Below are positions 41,391-50,291 of a stretch of 64,000 nt of DNA, piece after piece. The translations under genes were made by a program, and so were the position numbers. A model generated the notes under the pieces. The model ran no database searches, was not told where the DNA came from, and worked only from the letters and a program-made list of their open reading frames with translations. Position 1 is the first letter of the stretch. Each line of letters opens with the position of its first letter. The DNA is from an uncultured Ilumatobacter sp. (GTDB lineage Bacteria > Actinomycetota > Acidimicrobiia > Acidimicrobiales > Ilumatobacteraceae). The DNA lies in contig CAJQPY010000003.1 of assembly GCA_905480335.1 (NCBI GenBank), positions 161,457-225,456 of the forward strand, in the 5' to 3' direction.

Positions 41391-42163
41391 CTCGTCACCC
41401 GTTCGATGAAGGCGAGGCTCCGCTCGTTGATCAGGTCACGGTCGTAGTCCTGCGTCGCAACATGGAAACTGCGCTCAAGCGTCACAAACTCGACGTCTCC
41501 GCCGGCGGTGTCACGCAAGTGCACACTGCTTTCGGGCGGAACGACGTGATCTGCCGACGACGACAAGACAAGAACCGGAATCCGCAACTCGGCGAAGCGA
41601 TCGGTGATCGGAGCGAGCCCATCGTTATTCAGTGACATTAGCTGGCGCAACGGGGTTCCCTCGTAGCTGATCTCGGTTTCGTCAGGGTTGGCAATGTCGT
41701 TGCCGATTGCTGGGGAGACCTCGATGCCGTCGGACAACATGTCCTCGAGCATTTCGACAACATCGGGGGGCTGTGGCATCGTGGCCGCGTTCACGCAGAT
41801 CAGGCCTTTAAGCCGACCGTCGTCGACTCGTTGCAGCCCAGTCCACAGCGCCAGAGTGCCACCCATGCTCAATCCGATCACAACGACGCGGTCGGCGCGT
41901 TCGACAAGTCGGTCGTACGCAGCTGCCGCCTCCCCTGACCAATCGAACCAATCGGTGGTCTGCATGTCGGCGAGCGTGGTGCCGTGACCGGGCAAACGAG
42001 GCTGCTCGACATGGTGCCCGGCGGCAGCGAACGCCTTGGCCTGGTGTGTCATCGACGAAGGATTTCCGGTGAACCCATGCACCACGAGCACCCCGGTCGG
42101 CGACGAACCGACATAGGAGAACGGTTCACATCCGGGTATGACGTCGACGTCACTCATCCCCAC
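41387..42163 (-). CDS. alpha/beta hydrolase (carboxylesterase/lipase-like)
   Basis: HGFTGNPSSM oxyanion loop and GLSMGG nucleophile elbow. It overlaps the lgt start by 4 nt. Confidence 0.8.
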   Translation of the reverse strand: MGMSDVDVIPGCEPFSYVGSSPTGVLVVHGFTGNPSSMTHQAKAFAAAGHHVEQPRLPGHGTTLADMQTTDWFDWSGEAAAAYDRLVERADRVVVIGLSMGGTLALWTGLQRVDDGRLKGLICVNAATMPQPPDVVEMLEDMLSDGIEVSPAIGNDIANPDETEISYEGTPLRQLMSLNNDGLAPITDRFAELRIPVLVLSSSADHVVPPESSVHLRDTAGGDVEFVTLERSFHVATQDYDRDLINERSLAFIERVTS

Positions 42164-42249
42164 TGTCTAGTGGTTGGCCGCACGCTGGCACGGTCCCGTG
42201 GCAAGTTTCTGAAATCGGTTCGTGACCGTCCGACTATCTGCCCGCTCCC

Positions 42250-43128
42250 TCAGCGAGCAGCGGCCTGGTGAGCGCGACGACGTTTGCCGGCCGCACGCAA
42301 CGCATCGCGGTTGTGATCACCGACCGCCATGAACGCGTCCCGCCAGTCGTCGCTCCCCCACCGCTGCGATGCCTGCACCGTCGTCCGCGGAGCGATCGAT
42401 GACTCGACCACATTAATTGCAAGCGTCACGATGTTGCGCTGCATTTCTTGAGCGCCTGGCTTCCCGCACGGATTACCCAGCGGAAAGTCAACGAAAACGA
42501 AGCGCGGGACCCCGGCCTCCTCGACGATGTCTCGGGCGCTCCCGACGACCACCGTTGCGATTCCTGCTGCCTCGAGGCGACGGGCGACCAGACTCACGGT
42601 CTGGTGGCACACCGGTCAAAGTGGAACGAGCAGCGCGACGTCGACGCCATCCTGTTCACACCACTCGGCGACCTGATCGGCGTCGAGCCCGGTCCGACGC
42701 TGGCTGTACTCGGTGGGCACACCGAAAAATCGGCCGTTAAGTGATCCGATCACACCGTCATCGGAGAGCGCCTGCAACGACGAGAGCGGCAGGAACGACT
42801 CGGTGTCTTCGGTGTGTGTTGCCTGCTTGTCCCACGAGAGATCCTCGGTGAACATCCGGTCGGGAACGTCGGCGACCGGATGGAAGTAAACAACCTTGTC
42901 GGTTGCGGGTGCACCGAAGTACGAATCGTGGTGGCGGAGAAACGAGGTGGTCACCACCGCGACGTTGGATTCGCTCATCAGCTTTGACGGACGGGTAAAA
43001 GGCACCTGGTCGAACGCCGCCCACCGATAAGCCTGCTCAAAGCCCTGCGCTTGGTAGTACTCCCGCGATTTGTCGATATAGCTGACGTGACTGCGCTGCT
43101 CCAGCTGGCGATCGGCTCGTTCGGTCAC
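42250..43128 (-). CDS. PrdB/GrdB-like reductase (selenoprotein B family), candidate selenoprotein with in-frame TGA at 42616-42618
   Basis: ORFs 42616..43299 and 42250..42612 share one frame and are separated only by TGA plus one Pro codon. Read-through gives ...DGVDVALLVPL-U-PVCHQTVSLVARRLEAAGIATVVVGS...FPLGNPCGKP, which parallels the clostridial PrdB motif U-G-T-C-H-R-S...EEAGIP as I recall it. The GTG start at 43128 lies 35 nt after the upstream stop. The alternative is a nonsense-mutated pseudogene. Confidence 0.6.
42587..42605 (-). promoter_or_regulatory. SECIS-like stem-loop downstream of the in-frame UGA
   Basis: The mRNA reads UGA-CCGGUGUGCC-ACCAGAC-CGUGA-GUCUGGU. This is a perfect 7-bp stem starting 10 nt after UGA, with a 5-nt apical loop containing GU, and it is extendable by 2 bp across a C:C mismatch. 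Confidence 0.5.
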
Positions 43129-43162
43129 ATGACAGAAGGTAGCCGCGCCGGCAGCGGTCGGG

Positions 43163-44233
43163 TCAGCTCGGCCAGGTGTCGGTGATGCGGTAGCCGAGCG
43201 GCCATGGATCCGTCGGGTCGACGCAGTAGTTAAACCGCCCGTATCGCCACGCCCGACCGGACACGATCGGCACGATTGCGTCTCGGGCGTCGGGGCCATC
43301 GCCGATTGTCGTGTCGGCTTCGATGCGTCCGACGAACTCCGACCCGATCACCGATCGCATTCGGAGTCGATCACCAACCTCCATCATGCCGCAGGAACGC
43401 AGCAGGGCCATCCGCGCCGACACGCCGGTACCGGTTGGAGATCGGTCGAGCTTGCCTGGCTCGACCACGACCGTGTTGGTCATCGAGTAGTCGCCGTCGC
43501 CGTGGTGTTCGAGCGGGCCAGCGATCTGACAGAACGAGAAATGGTTCCAGGCCGAGGCCGGATGCTCGAACGTCAGTTGTGCGTTGGCCGCCCGGGTAAT
43601 CTGCGAGCCGATGCGCGCCAGGGCCAGCCCGTTCTCGGGAACGATGTCAAGGCCGAGGTCGCTCGCATCGACCATCACGAAACTGTCGCCACCGAACGCC
43701 GTGTCGACGCGCAGGTCGCCGACACCGTCGACGGTCAGAGACACGTCGCGCTCTGCCACGAATGAGGCAACGTTGCGGATCGACACCGATTCCACCTTGC
43801 CATTGCGGCAAGTTGCCACCGCTTCGACCACTCCCCCGGGAGCATCGAGCAGCACCGTCGTGGTCGGCTCGGTCATCGTAACGATTCCGGCTTCGAGCAC
43901 CACGGTGGTGACGCACATCGAATTGGAACCGGACATCGGCGGGGTATCCATCGGCTCCATGATGATGAAGCCAATGTCGGCTGCGGGGTTGACCGCGGGG
44001 ACGAGCAGATTGATGTGCTTAAAGACCCCGCCTCGTGGCTCGTTGCCCAACAGCGACCGAAGTCGACCATCGCGTGCTACGAAGCGGGACTGTTCCCACA
44101 CGGTTTTGCCGGGCGGCGTGGCGATGCCCGAGACGATCACATCGCCAACCTCGCCCTCGGCATGGCAGCCGACGACCTCAATTGGGCCGGTGACGATGTC
44201 TTTTAGATCGACGTTCACCTCAGTACGGGTCAT
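43163..44233 (-). CDS. proline racemase-superfamily enzyme, dehydratase-type signature (3-hydroxyproline dehydratase-like)
   Basis: 356-aa ORF. PPMSGSNSMC is the first catalytic region and DRSPTGTG carries Thr instead of the racemase/epimerase Cys at the second position. Confidence 0.75.
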   Translation of the reverse strand: MTRTEVNVDLKDIVTGPIEVVGCHAEGEVGDVIVSGIATPPGKTVWEQSRFVARDGRLRSLLGNEPRGGVFKHINLLVPAVNPAADIGFIIMEPMDTPPMSGSNSMCVTTVVLEAGIVTMTEPTTTVLLDAPGGVVEAVATCRNGKVESVSIRNVASFVAERDVSLTVDGVGDLRVDTAFGGDSFVMVDASDLGLDIVPENGLALARIGSQITRAANAQLTFEHPASAWNHFSFCQIAGPLEHHGDGDYSMTNTVVVEPGKLDRSPTGTGVSARMALLRSCGMMEVGDRLRMRSVIGSEFVGRIEADTTIGDGPDARDAIVPIVSGRAWRYGRFNYCVDPTDPWPLGYRITDTWPS

Positions 44234-44537
44234 GTTCTGAGAGCGGGAGGGCCCACCAGTCGGTGGGCACGTCTGCCGCCGACCAATCGGGATGCGGGTG
44301 AATGCAGTCGACCGGACACACCGGCAGACACTTGTCGCATCCGCTACAGAGTGCAGGAATGATCACGACGTCGGCTCCATGGTTGAAGATTGCCCCGAAG
44401 TTTGGCGGGCAGTGCCGCAGGCATGCATCGCAGTTGATGCAATCGAGCATGTCGATGTACAGCGGCGGGTTCTGCCACTTCGGATTACGCTCTCGCCGCT
44501 TAATGCGCTCGTCGCGGTTGGTTGCGTCCCCAGCCAT
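44220..44537 (-). CDS. 2[4Fe-4S] ferredoxin
   Basis: 105-aa ORF with two CxxCxxCxxxCP motifs (CINCDACLRHCP, CSGCDKCLPVCP). Its stop overlaps the downstream gene start by 14 nt. Confidence 0.85.
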   Translation of the reverse strand: MAGDATNRDERIKRRERNPKWQNPPLYIDMLDCINCDACLRHCPPNFGAIFNHGADVVIIPALCSGCDKCLPVCPVDCIHPHPDWSAADVPTDWWALPLSEHDPY

Positions 44538-44806
44538 CGCAAGAGTGTATGACGCGCGGCGTCAGCTGCCGGATTCGGCATCGGGGCGCGAATGCCGAGC
44601 TTTCATCACCTCGACGAACGCCGTCATGAGATGTGGATCGGACTAGTCACCGCTGCCCGCCGGGGCCGATTACCAGGCACGCTTCGCTACTTGACCTCGC
44701 TGAACTCGTCAATGTCGAGCGGACCAGGTTTGATCTCGACTGCGGAGATCGGTCGCTCGGCCGATCGGAGTGCATGCCGTCATCATCGTTCCTATCATGT
44801 TTACCG

Positions 44807-45709
44807 ATGGCCGTCATGTCCTCTCCCAGACATCGTCGGCACGTTGAACGGTCTGCGTTGTGGGCGTTCGTCCCGGTTGCCGCGACGCTTCCGTTCGCAT
44901 TGCTTGCCCTCGTCGTTATCTGGTTCCCAGTACGCCTTGTGACTGAAATGCCTTTCGTCTGGGTTCTGATCGGATTCGCCGCAACAGGTCCGCTGCTGTT
45001 CGTTCGCCGCTTCCAGATCTGGGTTCTCACACCGGTTATCGGCGCCAGACAACCGACCCAGGCTGAACAGTTCGCGATTGAACCACTCTGGCACGCAATC
45101 GTCCGCACGAATGGCCTTCCCGACGACCACTACGTCGTGCGAATCCTCCCCTCCGACGAACTCAACGCGTTCGCGTGTGGCGGTCACCTGGTCGTCGTCA
45201 CCTCGTTCGCAGTCGACGAACTGACCACGCAAGAATTGCAGGGCGTGCTTGCGCACGAGTTGAGTCACCACCTCGGCCTGCACACCGTGGCGATCACGAT
45301 CGGCCACTGGCTGTCGACCCCGGTGGTGCTACTGGCTCGAATCGGTGTCTTCCTTGAGAACGTCGCAATTGCAGCACGCCGGTCATACGGCCGCGACTCA
45401 CCACTGATCGGCATGGTCACCAACGCAACGGCGGCGGTGATCCGGGCCGTCTCCTGGGTCTTCACCGCAGGAGTCCGTGCCAGTGCTGCACTCGGCAATC
45501 TGGTCGGACACCAATCCGAGTTTGATGCCGATCAACGTGCCGTCCGAATGGGGTTCGGCCGCGAGTTGTCGGGTGCACTGCGGCGGGTGCTCGCCGCCGG
45601 ACATCACCCGCGACCGGTGGGATGGCGCGAACGCATCGCTGCATCTCATCCGCCAGCGCGAACACGGGTGGCGCGCATCGAGGCGCTGATGCGCCACCCC
45701 GCTCGCTGA
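44807..45709 (+). CDS. M48-family zinc metallopeptidase (HtpX-like)
   Basis: HELSHHLGLH (HEXXH) after N-terminal TMs. The start is uncertain within the 44633-44816 frame. Confidence 0.75.
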   Translation: MAVMSSPRHRRHVERSALWAFVPVAATLPFALLALVVIWFPVRLVTEMPFVWVLIGFAATGPLLFVRRFQIWVLTPVIGARQPTQAEQFAIEPLWHAIVRTNGLPDDHYVVRILPSDELNAFACGGHLVVVTSFAVDELTTQELQGVLAHELSHHLGLHTVAITIGHWLSTPVVLLARIGVFLENVAIAARRSYGRDSPLIGMVTNATAAVIRAVSWVFTAGVRASAALGNLVGHQSEFDADQRAVRMGFGRELSGALRRVLAAGHHPRPVGWRERIAASHPPARTRVARIEALMRHPAR

Positions 45710-45733
45710 TCTAGTTCGGCGCAGGGCGTCACC

Positions 45734-46204
45734 TCACGCGGTAATCGGGGCGATCGTTGCGTTGAGGAGTCGGGCAAGATCTGCAGGGTCGAGCGCAATG
45801 TCGAGGCCTCGGCGACCGCCGCTGACGTAGACAGTGTCGAACAGGCCGACGGTCTCGTCGAGCACCGTACGCAACCGCTTTCGCTGACCCAGTGGGCTGA
45901 TCCCCCCAACTACGTATCCGGTGACCCGTTCGGCATCGGCTGGATCGCACATTGCGGCCTTTTTGCCGTTGACTGCCGCAGCGACGAGCTTCATCGAGAC
46001 CATGCAGCTCACCGGGATGACCGCCACGACCGGATCTCGCTCACCGTCGACGTTGATGAGGAGCGTCTTGAACACCTGGTCGTACGCGAGTCCAAGGGCC
46101 TCAGCCGCTTCTCGCCCGAAATCACGAAGTTCGTCACCGCTGTCATATTCATGAGCGACGAACGCCACCGCTTCGTGTTCGAGCAGTGCGATCGCCGGCG
46201 TCAT
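45734..46204 (-). CDS. ybaK: Cys-tRNA(Pro)/Cys-tRNA(Cys) deacylase YbaK
   Basis: 156 aa from the ATG at 46204 (MTPAIALLE...KTLLINV...GGISPLGQ). The upstream part of the ORF-track entry is antisense to the thioesterase gene. Confidence 0.78.
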   Translation of the reverse strand: MTPAIALLEHEAVAFVAHEYDSGDELRDFGREAAEALGLAYDQVFKTLLINVDGERDPVVAVIPVSCMVSMKLVAAAVNGKKAAMCDPADAERVTGYVVGGISPLGQRKRLRTVLDETVGLFDTVYVSGGRRGLDIALDPADLARLLNATIAPITA

Positions 46205-46306
46205 GAGTTCCAGTATCCCTGCGCTCGGGCCACCAATCCGGGATGGATGTCGCCGCCCGGACTCGATGACTGGAGATGAAGGACGCTGGGGTGCGAAGAT
46301 CGGCGG

Positions 46307-46735
46307 GTGCGCCTGTCCGCCGAACCGTCCGTTCACCCCGCCGATCACGAGTTCTCCCACAACATACGGGTGCGATTCGTCGAGACGGATGCAATGGGCA
46401 TTGTCCACCACTCCAACTACCTTGCCTACTTTGAGGAGGCGCGCGTCGCCTTTCTCGCCCACATCGGCCATCCGTTCACCCGGTGGCGGGCCGACGGCCT
46501 GGAGTCACCGGTACTCGAATCGTTCGTCCAATATCGACAACCGTGCCGATTCGACGAAGTCGTGACTATTCACCTCACGCTCGCAGCGGCAACCCGGGCA
46601 ACGTTCCAACTTAGCTACTTAATCACCGTTGATGACGAGGTGCGCAGCACTGGGGTCACCGTCCACGGCTGCACGACACTTGCAGGCAAGCCGACCCGGC
46701 TCCCCGCATGGCTGGTGGAACTCGCAGCCCGCTGA
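46307..46735 (+). CDS. acyl-CoA thioesterase (4HBT/YbgC hotdog fold)
   Basis: VRFVETDAMGIVHHSNYLAYFEEAR contains the catalytic Asp region of the 4HBT family. Confidence 0.8.
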   Translation: MRLSAEPSVHPADHEFSHNIRVRFVETDAMGIVHHSNYLAYFEEARVAFLAHIGHPFTRWRADGLESPVLESFVQYRQPCRFDEVVTIHLTLAAATRATFQLSYLITVDDEVRSTGVTVHGCTTLAGKPTRLPAWLVELAAR

Positions 46736-46747
46736 GGACCGACCCGG

Positions 46748-47530
46748 TCACATCCGCTGGGTGAGTCCTCCGTCTACAACAAAGATCTCGCCGCTCGTGT
46801 ACTTATTGCGGAGCAGGGCGAGGACCGCCTCAGCGCAGTCCTCGGGGGTCGCTGAGCGCGGCACCGGAGCGGTCGCTGCGACTGCGGCATGCATTGCGTC
46901 CCAATCAGCGGTCCAGCGTGTCGTGACGAGGCCGGGAGCGACTGCGTTGACCCTGATTGGCCCATACGACTTTGCGAGCAGCAACGTCATCTGATTCAAC
47001 GCAGCCTTGGTCATCGAGTAGGCGATTGAGGACCCGACGGGGCGGACGCCAGCGATCGAGGTGATGTTTACGATGTTGGCGTTGTCGGACTTACGCAAAT
47101 GAGCGATCGCATACTTGGTGAGCCACCAGGTGCCGAACACGTTGACGTCGAATGTCTTCTGGAAAATCTCGTCGGTGAGCCCGTCGAGATCGGAGTGATC
47201 AATCGATGTGGTCCACCCTGCGTTGTTGATCAGGAAGTCAAGCCGTCCGTACTGCTCAATCGTGGCGTCGACGAGCGCATGGCCCTGAACCCGATCGGCG
47301 ATATCGGCTTGGACGTACATCGACTTGCCTGGCAGTGAGGCAGATACCTTCTCCCCTATTTCGACGGACGATGCCGAGTTGACAACCACCATTGCACCGA
47401 GCGCCGACAACCGGCGGGCGGTCTCTTCGCCGATCCCGGCCGACGAACCCGTCACGATCGCAACCCGTCCGGAGAACTCTAATTCGCTCATCACCGTCAA
47501 CGTAGTGAGATCATCGGACATGGCCGTCAT
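46748..47530 (-). CDS. SDR-family oxidoreductase
   Basis: TGSSAGIG cofactor loop, NNAG, and YSMTKAAL (YxxxK). The exact start is uncertain (Met at codons 1, 4 or 14). Confidence 0.85.
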   Translation of the reverse strand: MTAMSDDLTTLTVMSELEFSGRVAIVTGSSAGIGEETARRLSALGAMVVVNSASSVEIGEKVSASLPGKSMYVQADIADRVQGHALVDATIEQYGRLDFLINNAGWTTSIDHSDLDGLTDEIFQKTFDVNVFGTWWLTKYAIAHLRKSDNANIVNITSIAGVRPVGSSIAYSMTKAALNQMTLLLAKSYGPIRVNAVAPGLVTTRWTADWDAMHAAVAATAPVPRSATPEDCAEAVLALLRNKYTSGEIFVVDGGLTQRM

Positions 47531-48146
47531 CGATCATCTTGTACTCGCCGTCCCCGACCTCGACGCAGCGATCGCTGATTTCGAACTCAGCTATGGCGTC
47601 AGACCGGCGATCGGTGGACGACATCAGGGACTCGGCACACACAACGCGCTCATCTCGTTCGGTGAGTCGTATCTCGAGTTGATCGCACCCGATCCTTCAC
47701 AGCCGGATCCAGATAGTCCGCGGCCGTTCGGCGTAGACGACATCGATGTCCCGCGGCTTGCAACTTTTGCCGTCCGCCCAGATACTGCGAACGGCGAGAC
47801 GGTCGAGATCCTGATCGCCGCTTGCCAGGCCGCTAGTCACGACACCGGCCCCCTCGTCTCGATGTCGCGTCAAGCACCCGATGGGAGCGTCCTCACCTGG
47901 AGGCTCACGTTTCCGACGATGACCCACGACGGTCTCGTCCCATTCCTTATCGATTGGGGCGGCACCGTCAATCCTGCAGCAACCGCGCCCGGGGGCGTGT
48001 CGCTCATCGAGGTGTCGGGCGCCACCTCAGACCCGGCTGGCGCCAACGCGGTGCTTAGGGTCCTGGCACTCGCCGAGTTTGCCCGCCCGGTCGGCGCATC
48101 TCACCCCGGACTCGCCGCCAACATCAGCGCCCGTCACAGCAGTTGA
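47520..48146 (+). CDS. VOC/glyoxalase-like domain protein
   Basis: The ATG at 47520 gives MAVIDHLVLAVPDLDAAIADFE...GTHNALISFGESYLELIAPDP. Confidence 0.65.
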   Translation: MAVIDHLVLAVPDLDAAIADFELSYGVRPAIGGRHQGLGTHNALISFGESYLELIAPDPSQPDPDSPRPFGVDDIDVPRLATFAVRPDTANGETVEILIAACQAASHDTGPLVSMSRQAPDGSVLTWRLTFPTMTHDGLVPFLIDWGGTVNPAATAPGGVSLIEVSGATSDPAGANAVLRVLALAEFARPVGASHPGLAANISARHSS

Positions 48147-48264
48147 ACTGGCCCTCGCAACTTTGCGGGAACCAGTTTGTGCTCGGGCGGGGCTTAAAGC
48201 CCGGGATGGCCAGGAACAACAGCCCTATGAGGAGCGTGATTAGTCCAGAGCCTTGGAGCGGCAT
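48124..48264 (-). CDS. candidate 46-aa membrane peptide with Cys-rich C-terminus
   Basis: MPLQGSGLITLLIGLLFLAIPGFKPRPSTNWFPQSCEGQFNCCDGR has strongly G/C-biased third positions. It overlaps the VOC 3' end by 23 nt. No homology is recognised. Confidence 0.3.
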   Translation of the reverse strand: MPLQGSGLITLLIGLLFLAIPGFKPRPSTNWFPQSCEGQFNCCDGR

Positions 48265-48810
48265 CGACTCGGCCCCGTCCGAGGGACGTTTCCGCCAGAG
48301 GAGACCGACGACTCGACCTGCGGTTGTGGAACCATTCGCTGAGGCGGCGAATTCTTGACCACAAACCGCAACACCATCGGACCAGGGATGGGAAAGGTCC
48401 AGTCGCCGCCGCATCGCTACGGACGTAAATGACAGCGAGTCTCAGGGACCACAGATTGTCGCAATAGACGGGGTCCGTCAGAGGGCCTTCGATTTGATTT
48501 CGACGAGTTGATTCAACGTCGCGACCGTCGAAACGGTCGCCGCGCTGCCGAGCGTGTCACCATCGACCGTAACCTCGTACTTCGCGACCAAGGAGGCGCT
48601 GGTCCCCTCAACGCAACAGCCGTTAAGGCAAGTGGAGCGAGTTACTCGCGACAGATTAAGCCGACCGGACCTCATGGCGTTTACTCCACCGGTGAACAGG
48701 ATCTGTGGCGGCGGTGGGTTTGAAGCGGCGCCCCCTGTCTACAGCACAAACACTGCTCGCCTGGTCGTCAACCCCGGCAAGACGAAACGGCCGCTACCGT
48801 TACATCTCCG

Positions 48811-49965
48811 TCATGGCTCGGCGATCACACTGACCTGAGGTATGAAGACGAGTTCCATCTCGATGCGTTCACCGCGAGTTTCGGCAAGAGTCGCAGCAAG
48901 CTCGTCCGGATCGCCGCTCAGTTCTGTTCCGGTGACGATGATTGTGACTCGTCTTGGTGTCTGCTTAGGATCGACCTGAACCTCTTCGAGGCGAAGCTCG
49001 CTGTCCCAAGCCTCGACCGCACGGGCTGCCTCCACGGTGAAGTTTGAGCGCTGGAGTTTGGTCGCTGTGTTGGATGCCAATGGCACTGCCATAGCCAAGA
49101 CAAAGACCACTGCTGCCGCCAACCCCAAGGCACGTTGACGAAGCCGTTCACGCGGAGGAACAAAACCAGCGAGCGCGAACGTGACCCCAGCGGCGAGCGC
49201 GATCGCAGCGAAGTTTGTGAGGAATAAAAGCAATGCACCGCGCGCCAAATCGTTGCGGTCTGCTGCAAGCGTTACCCCGACCGATGCCAGAGGAGGAACC
49301 AATGCTACGGCGATGCCTACACCTGGCAGCGCCGACCCGGCCTCACTCCTCACAGTCACGTACGCCCCGGCGGCCCCAGCGAGAATTGCAATGCCAAGAT
49401 CAGCAAGATTTGGTGCAGTTCGGGCCATCACTTCTGCGGGCACCGGCGAGTCTGCGCCGACTCTGGGAACAAACTGTGTCCACAACCAACCCATGGCGAT
49501 ACCGAGCAAAGCACCGCTGGCTACGATCGCAAACGATTCGACAATACGTTTGGTCCATGTCTGAACCAGCGCAGCAGCGAACGCCATGATTGGAGTCATG
49601 AGCGGGGCGACGAGCATCGCTCCGATCACGACGGCAGTGCTGTCGTTCATCAGCCCGAGCGCAGCGATCGATGACGAGAACACCATCAGTGTCACGAAGC
49701 GATATATGTAAGGCTTGCGTCGAACACCTTCGAAGAACAAAACGTCAAGGATTTGCGAGCGCTTTTCGAGGTCGAGATCTCGACCTAACGTTCCCATCTT
49801 CCCGCGCGGGACAAGCGAATGCCCAACGCTCTTAGCCGACTCTCGCGAGGCGTTGGCTGAATCCGACTTCATTTCCTCAACAGTAGGGCGCAGCTCGTCG
49901 GAGAAGAAACTCTGTGTTTCGATCGACATCGCAGGGCTACCGAAATACTCCAAGGCGTTTTGCAC
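48811..49965 (-). CDS. DUF389/TIGR00341-family membrane protein
   Basis: 384-aa ORF whose hydrophobic core (AVVIGAMLVAPLMTPIM) is typical of the DUF389 repeat, with a soluble C-terminal domain. Confidence 0.65.
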   Translation of the reverse strand: MQNALEYFGSPAMSIETQSFFSDELRPTVEEMKSDSANASRESAKSVGHSLVPRGKMGTLGRDLDLEKRSQILDVLFFEGVRRKPYIYRFVTLMVFSSSIAALGLMNDSTAVVIGAMLVAPLMTPIMAFAAALVQTWTKRIVESFAIVASGALLGIAMGWLWTQFVPRVGADSPVPAEVMARTAPNLADLGIAILAGAAGAYVTVRSEAGSALPGVGIAVALVPPLASVGVTLAADRNDLARGALLLFLTNFAAIALAAGVTFALAGFVPPRERLRQRALGLAAAVVFVLAMAVPLASNTATKLQRSNFTVEAARAVEAWDSELRLEEVQVDPKQTPRRVTIIVTGTELSGDPDELAATLAETRGERIEMELVFIPQVSVIAEP

Positions 49966-50291
49966 CTCCTGAGGGTCCTGAACCTGCGACTCATTGACTG
50001 TCCGAAGGTCACGCTGACAGACGGCAAGACCCGATAGACGCGACGTTCGTGTCGGCTAACAGTCCAGAAACTAACCCAAGCCCACCGCACGTACGGCGAC
50101 GGTGATGGTCGGGACAGCTATCTGAGACCTGCGGTTGACGGATTCTAGAGATGTCCGCCTAAAAGCTGAGATTGGGTAAGAGAGGCCGTCGCCACGACCT
50201 ATCGTCGTCCCGAGTGCCGGATGTGGTGCGTGAGTGGACGCACACGTACGAACATCTCGGCGATGAGAGTGCCTTCCTTTGCTCTGACGAC

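Noticed and set aside
43129-43299. 57-codon N-terminal extension of the PrdB-like ORF (ORF-track start at 43299)
   Set aside because: It overlaps the 3' end of the proline-racemase-family gene and is Pro/Arg/Thr/Ala-rich. The GTG at 43128, 35 nt after the upstream stop, gives a sensible start (MTERADRQLEQRSHVSYIDKSREYY).
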